This document shows positions 15,748 through 22,516 of a DNA stretch of 32,000 nt, in pieces. Positions within the stretch are counted from its first letter, which is position 1. The number at the start of each line of letters is the position of its first letter. Position numbers and translations under genes: made by a program. The notes beneath the pieces are model-generated. The model was not told the DNA's origin. It saw only the letters and a list, made by a program, of their open reading frames with translations, and did no database searches. Source of the DNA: Planctomycetales bacterium (GTDB lineage: Bacteria; 4484-113; JAFGCY01); contig CP060262.1 of the NCBI GenBank assembly GCA_022646745.1, positions 2,820,001-2,852,000 of the forward strand. The letters run 5' to 3'.

Positions 15748-16469
15748 GTTGCCGCCTCCACGCGGTCGCTGCTTCCGGCGTACAGTTCCGCAAGCATTGC
15801 GTCAGTTGTCATTTCCTGGGGGTCGCCGTGGCCCAGCAGCGCGCCATCGCGCAGCAGCACAACGCTGTTGGCAAACTCCGCCGCCAGCTCCGGGTAGTGC
15901 AGGCTGCACAGCACCAGCCGTCCGTCCTGCCTGGCGATGTCCCGCATCAGCTGCATCACCTCGCGGCGCGCCGGCGGGTCGAGGTGCGCCGTCGGTTCGT
16001 CCAGCAGAAGGAGTTGCGTGTCCTGGGCCAGGGCCTGGGCAATCATTGCCCGCTTCAGTTCACCTCCCGAGAGGCGTGACAGTGGCCGGTCGGCAAGGGC
16101 TGAAAGGTTGAGCCGCGCGAGCAATGAATCAATGTCTGCCCGGGAGCGGGAATTGGACAATCGTGCAACCTCAAGCGAGTCGCGAACATTGAGCGGAATG
16201 CCGGCATCGGCAATCTGCGGCACGTATCCGAGGTACTTGGCGCGGTCCCGGCCGTTCATTCGCAGCAGGTCGCGACCGCCGAATTCCACCGATCCACTGG
16301 TCCGATCCAGCAGGCCGCAAAGCAGGCGCAAAAGTGTGGTCTTACCTGCGCCGTTCGATCCGATCAGGCAGTGCAGGCCGGGGGAGGGCAGCTCCAGGCT
16401 GAGTGGCTGGATGATCGGCTGCCCGTCGAGGGATGCGCTGCAGTCGCGCAGTACAAGTTGATCAGGCAT
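15744..16469 (-). CDS. ABC transporter ATP-binding protein (BtuD/FecE-like)
   Basis: Walker A GSNGAGKTT, signature LSGGELKR, Walker B LLLLDEP, H-loop CSLH. The ATG at 16469 (MPDQLVLRD) is preceded by GGAG at 5-nt spacing. The ORF track extends to the ATG at 16502. Confidence 0.9.
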   Translation of the reverse strand: MPDQLVLRDCSASLDGQPIIQPLSLELPSPGLHCLIGSNGAGKTTLLRLLCGLLDRTSGSVEFGGRDLLRMNGRDRAKYLGYVPQIADAGIPLNVRDSLEVARLSNSRSRADIDSLLARLNLSALADRPLSRLSGGELKRAMIAQALAQDTQLLLLDEPTAHLDPPARREVMQLMRDIARQDGRLVLCSLHYPELAAEFANSVVLLRDGALLGHGDPQEMTTDAMLAELYAGSSDRVEAAT

Positions 16470-16472
16470 TTG

Positions 16473-16494
16473 GACTCCGGACCGGGCCGGAGTC
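16473..16494 (-). promoter_or_regulatory. hairpin GACUCCGG-cccggu-CCGGAGUC that buries the GGAG Shine-Dalgarno of the first operon gene (probable riboswitch expression platform)
   Basis: Perfect 8-bp inverted repeat with a 6-nt loop on the minus strand. The 3' arm contains GGAG and ends 3 nt before the ATG at 16469. Confidence 0.5.
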
Positions 16495-16519
16495 GGATGC
16501 ATTGCTGCATTCCATGCTT

Positions 16520-16680
16520 AACTCCAGAAGGCATGCTTGGATTTCGCCTGAGGTATCCTGACTCGGCTTCGCAGTCCGGGCCGCCTTCCCCGCACATGCG
16601 AGTGGCAGATGGCCCTTCCTCCACCATACAGTGGCTGGTACCGTGGCGGATTCTCACCGCCTTCCCTCAAGGGGCAGCGC
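16520..16680 (-). promoter_or_regulatory. cobalamin (adenosylcobalamin/B12) riboswitch
   Basis: The minus strand reads ...cuugAGGGAAggcGGUGagAAUCCgccaCgGuaCCaGCCACUGUauggugg...GCCACUcgcaugugcGGGGAAGGCggcccggacugcgAAGCCgAGuCAGGAuACCUcaGGCG. This matches the conserved cobalamin riboswitch core and B12 box. It sits directly upstream of a B12-type uptake operon. Confidence 0.85.
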
Positions 16681-16681
16681 C

Positions 16682-16690
16682 AGTTTAGCA
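16682..16690 (-). promoter_or_regulatory. extended -10 promoter TGcTAAACT for the riboswitch operon
   Basis: The minus strand reads ttgTGCTAAACTggcgctg just 5' of the riboswitch core. It lies back-to-back with the plus-strand TATAAT at 16714-16719. Confidence 0.4.
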
Positions 16691-16713
16691 CAACCGCATC
16701 GCCCCGCGTCGGA

Positions 16714-16719
16714 TATAAT
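16714..16719 (+). promoter_or_regulatory. -10 box TATAAT for the DUF212-tlyA-nadK-recN unit
   Basis: Perfect TATAAT, 5 nt before TTG 16725 and 14 nt before ATG 16734. Confidence 0.4.
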
Positions 16720-16733
16720 CTGCCTTGCGCTCT

Positions 16734-17204
16734 ATGGGGCACATCTTGAGCTACAACCCCGTGATCACGGTCGGATTCTTCGGCCTGTTCATTGCCCAGA
16801 TCATCAAGCTGATCGTGTCGCTCGTCAGCTCCGGCAGGATGGACTTCCGCCGGCTGGTGGACACCGGCGGGATGCCTTCCAGCCACACATCATTCGTCTC
16901 CAGCGTGACCACTTCCATCGGCATCATTGAAGGATTCCACTCGACCATGTTCGCCGTGGCACTGTGCTTCAGTGTGATCGTGGTCTACGACGCCACCAAC
17001 CTGCGCCGCTCCGCCGGCTACCACGCGCAGTGGCTCAACCGCATCGTGCCCGACCTGCTGCAGGGCAAGATCATCAAGGAAAAGTTCGACTACAAGGTGC
17101 TGCGTGAGCTGCTCGGCCACAACCCGATCGAGGTATTCGTCGGCGGCGTGCTCGGTGTGCTGATCGCGGTGCTGACACTGTACTTCCTCAACATCTACCC
17201 GTAG
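16734..17204 (+). CDS. divergent PAP2 / acid-phosphatase-related membrane protein (DUF212, YuiD-like)
   Basis: GGMPSSHTSFVSSV, VVYDATNLRRSAGYHAQ and LGHNPIEVFVGGVLGVLIA are typical of the DUF212 family. Alternative TTG start at 16725. Confidence 0.75.
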   Translation: MGHILSYNPVITVGFFGLFIAQIIKLIVSLVSSGRMDFRRLVDTGGMPSSHTSFVSSVTTSIGIIEGFHSTMFAVALCFSVIVVYDATNLRRSAGYHAQWLNRIVPDLLQGKIIKEKFDYKVLRELLGHNPIEVFVGGVLGVLIAVLTLYFLNIYP

Positions 17205-18016
17205 TGAGACAGCGCGCCCACAGGCTGATCGACTACCTGCTGGACAACAGCCTGGCCCCCGACGAACGGACCGCCCGGGGCCTGATCATGCGCGGCGATG
17301 TGCTTGTTGATGAGCGGCCGCAGACCTCGCCAGCTTTCCCCCTACCTGAGGACTGCATTGTGCGGATCCGGGGCCGGGTGGACCAGCCGGTGTCCCGCGG
17401 ATATGACAAGCTGGGCCCGGTGGCCGACGGCCTCTCACTTGAGATGGAAGGGAAACTGGCGATGGACCTCGGGGTATCAACCGGAGGCTTCAGCCAGTAC
17501 CTGCTGGACCGCGGGGTGGCACGGCTGTATGCAGTTGATGTGGCATACGGCGTGGTGGCGGACAGTGTGCGCAATGACAGTCGCGTGGTTCTGCTGGAAC
17601 GTACCAATGCGCGGGAGCTCAGTCCAGAACATGTGCCGGAACCAGTGGACATCGTGGTCGGGGACCTGAGCTTCATCGGCTGGTCAGCTGTGTTGCCGGC
17701 GATCAAGCCGCTGCTGGCGCAGGATGCGAAACTGCTCCTGCTGGTCAAGCCGCAGTTCGAGCTGGCGGCCCGCCGGATGGACAATGGGCTGCAGGACGGG
17801 ATCGTTGCCAGCGCTGAGCTGCGCCTGCGTGCGCTTGAGCTGCTGTGGGACACTTGGCATAATGTGTCTCTCTGCCCGCGCGCGGTGATACCATCTGCGC
17901 TGAAGGGACAGAAGGGAAACCAGGAGTACTTCGTGCTGCTGGAGAACGGAATATCGATGTGCACTGCGGAGGAGTATCTGGAGATGGCCCGTATGGCCAC
18001 GGGAAGTGAGCGCTGA
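17204..18016 (+). CDS. tlyA: TlyA-family rRNA 2'-O-ribose methyltransferase (hemolysin A family)
   Basis: S4-like N-terminus RAHRLIDYLLDNSLAPDERTARGLIMRGDVLVDE. SAM-binding DLGVSTGGFSQYLLDRGVARLYAVDVAYG. KPQFE motif. GTG start overlaps the upstream TAG. Confidence 0.85.
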   Translation: MRQRAHRLIDYLLDNSLAPDERTARGLIMRGDVLVDERPQTSPAFPLPEDCIVRIRGRVDQPVSRGYDKLGPVADGLSLEMEGKLAMDLGVSTGGFSQYLLDRGVARLYAVDVAYGVVADSVRNDSRVVLLERTNARELSPEHVPEPVDIVVGDLSFIGWSAVLPAIKPLLAQDAKLLLLVKPQFELAARRMDNGLQDGIVASAELRLRALELLWDTWHNVSLCPRAVIPSALKGQKGNQEYFVLLENGISMCTAEEYLEMARMATGSER

Positions 18017-18876
18017 TGAAGGCTGCACTGCAACTGCACCCTTCCAAGGTGACGCGCCGCTACCTTGAGGAGTTGGTCTATCCCGCATTGCTGGCAAACG
18101 GGGTCAAGCACTACCTGTTGCCAAAGCGCCATGATGGCGACGTTGAGCTGGAAAAGGGCACCGACTTCCTGATCGTGATCGGCGGCGACGGCACCTTCCT
18201 GTCAGGAGCAAAGGTCGCCGTACAGTACGGCGTGCCGGTGGTCGGAGTGATGACAGGCCGGCTGGGCTTCCTGTGCAATGTGTCCATCGAGGAATTCCCG
18301 GATGTCGTCAAGCGCATCGCCGAAGGCAAGGTCCCGGTCGAGACGCGCTCGATCCTCGAAGGAACCGTGCATTCCAGTGGTGAGGAGGATGAGACCCACC
18401 TCGCCGTGAATGACGTGGTGGTCTACCGTACGGGCTCCCACCGCATCCGTGAGTTCGTGGCCACTGACAACGACAAGCTGGTTGCCCGCTACCGTGGTGA
18501 CGGCATCATCATTTCCAGTTCGACCGGTTCAACCGCATACACTCTTGCAGCCGGCGGACCGCTGCTGCACCCCCAGCTGGATGCGATCGTGCTTTCCCCG
18601 ATCTGCGCGCATTCCCTGTTCACCAAGCCGCTGGTTCTGCCGCCGGACAACCGGGTGACGATCCGCGGAGCGCGCGGCAGCTATCCGCTGATGGTCAGCT
18701 TTGACGGCGGGCACCGGGTCAAGCTCAACAGCGGTGACTCGATCAGTGTTGTCAGCTACAGCCAGCGCCTGCTCGTCTACAAGCCACATGACGAGGACTT
18801 CTATGAAGTCCTGCGCGAGAAGTTCCAGCACGGCTATCTCTACGGAGGCGAGGATGCTGAAAAAGATCAGCATTAG
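18016..18876 (+). CDS. nadK: NAD kinase
   Basis: LIVIGGDGTFL, NDVVV and GDGIIISSSTGSTAYTLAAGGP motifs. TGATG overlap with tlyA. Confidence 0.9.
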   Translation: MKAALQLHPSKVTRRYLEELVYPALLANGVKHYLLPKRHDGDVELEKGTDFLIVIGGDGTFLSGAKVAVQYGVPVVGVMTGRLGFLCNVSIEEFPDVVKRIAEGKVPVETRSILEGTVHSSGEEDETHLAVNDVVVYRTGSHRIREFVATDNDKLVARYRGDGIIISSSTGSTAYTLAAGGPLLHPQLDAIVLSPICAHSLFTKPLVLPPDNRVTIRGARGSYPLMVSFDGGHRVKLNSGDSISVVSYSQRLLVYKPHDEDFYEVLREKFQHGYLYGGEDAEKDQH

Positions 18877-20539
18877 GGACTTCTCCCTCATCCGCAGCCT
18901 CGACCTCGACTTCACAGACGGCTTCACCGTGATCAGCGGCGAATCCGGCGCCGGCAAGTCCCTGCTGTTTGATGCGATCGGATTCGTGCTGGGCGGACGG
19001 ACGCACCGCAGCCTGCTGGCTGCCGGAGCCACGAGCTGCGAAGTGGAGCTGGAACTGTCCCTCAGTGCCGCTGAGGCGAAGCGCATGCCTGAAGGCTTCC
19101 GCGAAGGTGGCAACCAGATCCGGCGCCGCTACAGTGACAACGGACGCAGCCGCCTGAGCCTTAACGGAAGCAACACCAGCGCCCAGGAACTGCGGGATGC
19201 ATTGGGCAGCCTGATCGAGATCGTCGGCCAGTTTGAAAGCACCATGCTGTTCAACCCGGAATCACACCTGGGCATCCTCGATACATTCGGTGGAGAGAAG
19301 CTGGCCGCCGCGTTGGATGCCTACATTGCAAACTATGAGGAGTATCGTGAGCTGGCCAGCCAGCTCCGGGCCCTGCGTGAATCCAGCACCCGCCGTGAGC
19401 AGGAAATCGACTTCCTTACATACCAGGTGAAGGAGCTTGAGGAAGCGGAAGTGCTGCCGGGGCAAATGGCTGAAGTGGAAGCGGAGATGCGCCTGCAGGA
19501 GAATGCCGAGGCGATCATCTCGGCGGCCCAGGCTGCCGCGCGCCACCTCAGCGGAGATGACGAATACTCCGGCGCCTACGACGAACTGGCGAAGGCTGAG
19601 CAGGAAATCTCCACCATCACGCGCCTGCTGGGGGAATCGGAGACCGGGCAGGCGATGGAGGAAGCGCTCGACCGCTGCACCGGCCTGCTGGAGGGCCTGC
19701 GCGATCTGTCGATCCAGCTCAGTGAGCTGGCGGATGACGTCAGTTACGATCCGCAGCGCCTGGAGTTCCTGCATGGCCGGCTGGACCGCATACATGAGCT
19801 GGAGCGTAAGTACGGCTGCAGCGCCGACGAACTCGAGCCGCTGCTCGTGGAGAAACAGAAGCTGCTCAACCTGCTGACGGATGTATCCAGTTCTCCCGAG
19901 ATCGTTGAGCGGAAGCTGGAGATGAGCCGCGCCAGCCTGCTGGATAAAGCTGAAGCACTCAGCAAACTGCGCCGCGCTGCTGCCAAGCAGATCGAGAAGG
20001 ACAGCGCGGCCTACTTCACGCGCCTGGACTTCCTGCACACAGAGCTGCGCATCGAGCTGGCGAAGATCAAGGAACCGGGACCGGATGGCATGGACAGCGT
20101 GGAATTCCTTATCACGCTCAACCCCGGCGAGCCCGCCCGCCCGATGGCACAGGTGGTATCCGGCGGTGAGTCATCGCGCTTGCTGCTGGGCCTGAAGGCC
20201 ACGCTGGCCGACCGGCATGGCCAGCGCATCCTGCTGATGGATGAGATCGAGGCCGGGCTGGGAGGCAGTGCGGCGCGCAGTGTGGCGGACGTGCTGCAGG
20301 AGATTGCCCGGGGACGCCAGCTGATGGCCATTTCGCACCTGCCGGCAGTCGCGGCCCGCGCCGATGAGCACCTGTTGGTGGAGAAGCATGCCACGAAGGA
20401 CCGCACCAGTGTGCAGATCAGTGCGCTGGACTGTGCCGGCCGGCGCATAGAACTGGCTCGGATGGTCGGTGTCGAGGGGGGCAAGGGCACCGAGAAGGTG
20501 GTCGATGATCTGCTCAGGGAAGCACGCAGCCGCGGCTGA
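18854..20539 (+). CDS. recN: DNA repair protein RecN
   Basis: MLKKISIRDFSLIRSLDLDFTDGFTVISGESGAGKS (Walker A), central coiled coil, C-terminal SGGESSRLLLGL and ILLMDEIEAGLGG. The ATG at 18854 is preceded by GGAGGCGAGG. The ORF-track start at 18701 is an out-of-context extension inside nadK. Confidence 0.9.
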   Translation: MLKKISIRDFSLIRSLDLDFTDGFTVISGESGAGKSLLFDAIGFVLGGRTHRSLLAAGATSCEVELELSLSAAEAKRMPEGFREGGNQIRRRYSDNGRSRLSLNGSNTSAQELRDALGSLIEIVGQFESTMLFNPESHLGILDTFGGEKLAAALDAYIANYEEYRELASQLRALRESSTRREQEIDFLTYQVKELEEAEVLPGQMAEVEAEMRLQENAEAIISAAQAAARHLSGDDEYSGAYDELAKAEQEISTITRLLGESETGQAMEEALDRCTGLLEGLRDLSIQLSELADDVSYDPQRLEFLHGRLDRIHELERKYGCSADELEPLLVEKQKLLNLLTDVSSSPEIVERKLEMSRASLLDKAEALSKLRRAAAKQIEKDSAAYFTRLDFLHTELRIELAKIKEPGPDGMDSVEFLITLNPGEPARPMAQVVSGGESSRLLLGLKATLADRHGQRILLMDEIEAGLGGSAARSVADVLQEIARGRQLMAISHLPAVAARADEHLLVEKHATKDRTSVQISALDCAGRRIELARMVGVEGGKGTEKVVDDLLREARSRG

Positions 20540-20584
20540 CTTAAAGAACATATAAGGTCGGACAGCCGTCATGGCTGACTGCGG

Positions 20585-20593
20585 TGCTAGAAT
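20585..20593 (+). promoter_or_regulatory. extended -10 promoter TGcTAGAAT upstream of the LptC-like gene
   Basis: GGTGCTAGAAT at 20583-20593 is identical to 9378-9388. An 18-nt leader with GGGAAGG precedes the ATG at 20612. Confidence 0.45.
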
Positions 20594-20611
20594 CAATCTT
20601 CCCGGGAAGGC

Positions 20612-22516
20612 ATGAATAAGGCGGAAAAACGAAGGATCGCTGATCGACGGCGGCGCATCCGTGAAACGATCTTCTACTGGATTAGACAGGTCTTCACGAT
20701 TGCGGCGATTGTTGCCAGCTACTACCTGGTCCAGTACGTATTCGAGAAGAGCACCGAGGAAGTCGCGGCCGTCAAGGAACGCGAGGACAGCCCCTGGTAC
20801 ATGATCGTCGACAAGGAAGGGGAGCGCGTCAGCATGAGCGTGGTCGACGACAGCGGCCAGCTCTCGATGAAGATCACCGGCGACTCCGTGAAACTGACCA
20901 CCGACCAGAAGACCGCCGAGTTCGAGAATGCCGATGCGGAGTACTTCGAGGATGGCAAGCTCAGCATCGCGATGCATGCCGGCAAGCTGACCTACGACAC
21001 TCAGTCCGAGGACTTCGTGCTGGACACACTCAACATTGAGACCAGCGATGGCATGCACATCGAAGCCCCGTTCGTGGAGTGGCGCCGTGTGAAGGATGCG
21101 CGGCTTGTCACCAAACCCAATGCGGCGAAGGTGCCGTCCTTCCGTTTCCCGCAGGGTGTGTATGTCGAGAACAAGCAGGATGGCAACAGCATCCGTGCCA
21201 ACTACATGCAGGCCGACAAGGAACTGCGCTATATGGAATTCGTCGGCAAGGTGGAGGGCAGCGTCAGCGAGCTGTCCGATACCCAGTTCATCGAGGAGCG
21301 TGAGCTGACGGACGTCGGCGAGCTGAACCTCGAGGACATCAAGACCCTCGGTTTCAAGGCCGAGGAAGTGATCTACGACATGAACAACCAGGTGATCGTG
21401 GCCAGCACACGCCTGTACGACCGCCGCTTCAACGTGCGCGACATGGACGGCCGCGACGTGCGCATCGAGGACTTCCAGAAGGACCAGAACGGTGAGCCCC
21501 TGCCGCCGACGCCGCTGACCTTCACGAAGGAGGAGATCACGATCACCTGCCACCACCTGGAGGCCCACATCGGCAAGAAATGGCTTTCCTGTGTCGGTGA
21601 GATCGAGATGCTGGTGCCGCCGAGCGAACCGAAGCCGGATGATGACAACGCCCTGCGGGTGGTCAAGCGCTACGAGACCCGCATCGCCTCCAACGAGATC
21701 GAGTACTTCTGGGGCCGGGACTACATCCTGACCCACAGCCGCACCCGCGTTGAACAGGAGGACCGCCTGGCAATGGCCGACCGCATCACTTACTGGGGCG
21801 ACCAGAAGATGGTGCTGCTGAACGGCGCGGTCACGATGGTGCAGGGTGACGGCAGCTGGCTGGTCGAGGAGGACCTGATCAGCGTTGACAACCACGACAT
21901 GGAACGTGCGGTCAGGGCCTACATGGAACTTACGATGGACCGCGCCGTTGTCTACCTGAACAACAACGACTTCATCGCCTCCGGTGACGTGTACATGAAG
22001 CAGGATGAGCGCGAGACGCATGCCGATACGCTGGTGTACCAGGATGAGGACAAGCGCATCACGGCGGATGGCAATGTCAAGTTCGTGGACAAGGACAGCC
22101 AGACCCTGCTGTGCAACTCACTGGTGTTCCACAAGAACAGCGACTTCATCGAGATCCAGGGCGGAATGAGCGCCACACTGCGCATCCCCGCCAAGTTCGC
22201 CAATGACATCAACAAGGCGCTGGCCGAGACTCGCGAGAAGGAAGTTCCCGCCGAGGTGACCGACCCGCCGGTCTCTGAGGAAGTGCCTACGCACAACCCG
22301 AACTCCGGCTCAGTGCTTGCCAGCAACGTACGTCCGCTGGATGTACCCAAGGCTGATGCCGACACTCCGGACGACGTGCCGGCCCTGCCGGTGCCAAATG
22401 GCAACAGCAGTTCGAGGCCAGCTCCGCATGCCGAGGATGGTTCGGCCAATGTGGCGGAATCAGGCGGCGAAGGCAATGGCACTTCAGGTGGACAGTCCAG
22501 CGGAGGTGAAGGCTGA
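20612..22516 (+). CDS. membrane-anchored protein with repeated LptC/OstA-like beta-jellyroll modules and a disordered C-terminal tail
   Basis: N-terminal basic stretch plus TM helix (IFYWIRQVFTIAAIVASYYLVQYVF). OstA/LptC-like repeats such as ADRITYWGDQKMVLLNGAVTMVQGDGSWLVEEDL and HADTLVYQDEDKRITADGNVKFVDKDSQTLLCNSLVFHKNSDFIEIQGG. The last ~95 aa are Pro/Gly/Ser/Asp/Glu-rich. Confidence 0.5.
   Translation: MNKAEKRRIADRRRRIRETIFYWIRQVFTIAAIVASYYLVQYVFEKSTEEVAAVKEREDSPWYMIVDKEGERVSMSVVDDSGQLSMKITGDSVKLTTDQKTAEFENADAEYFEDGKLSIAMHAGKLTYDTQSEDFVLDTLNIETSDGMHIEAPFVEWRRVKDARLVTKPNAAKVPSFRFPQGVYVENKQDGNSIRANYMQADKELRYMEFVGKVEGSVSELSDTQFIEERELTDVGELNLEDIKTLGFKAEEVIYDMNNQVIVASTRLYDRRFNVRDMDGRDVRIEDFQKDQNGEPLPPTPLTFTKEEITITCHHLEAHIGKKWLSCVGEIEMLVPPSEPKPDDDNALRVVKRYETRIASNEIEYFWGRDYILTHSRTRVEQEDRLAMADRITYWGDQKMVLLNGAVTMVQGDGSWLVEEDLISVDNHDMERAVRAYMELTMDRAVVYLNNNDFIASGDVYMKQDERETHADTLVYQDEDKRITADGNVKFVDKDSQTLLCNSLVFHKNSDFIEIQGGMSATLRIPAKFANDINKALAETREKEVPAEVTDPPVSEEVPTHNPNSGSVLASNVRPLDVPKADADTPDDVPALPVPNGNSSSRPAPHAEDGSANVAESGGEGNGTSGGQSSGGEG

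Noticed and set aside
16470-16502. N-terminal extension MHPTPARSGVQ of the ABC ATPase (ORF-track start at 16502)
   Set aside because: The extension would be translated through the 8-bp SD-sequestering hairpin and has no ribosome-binding site. The ATG at 16469 has GGAG at 5-nt spacing. It is kept only as an alternative.
20559-20581. Imperfect hairpin CGGaCAGCC-gtcat-GGCTGaCTG after recN, considered as a terminator
   Set aside because: The stem is interrupted by an A-A mismatch and no U-tract follows. It sits just upstream of the next promoter, so there is not enough evidence to call it.
20171-22021. 616-aa minus-strand ORF spanning the recN 3' end and the LptC-like gene
   Set aside because: It is antisense to two ORFs with recognisable motifs (RecN SGGES/Walker B, OstA-like repeats). 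It crosses an intergenic promoter region and has the V/H/L/A/D/G/R-rich composition typical of shadow ORFs in high-GC DNA. No motif was recognised.
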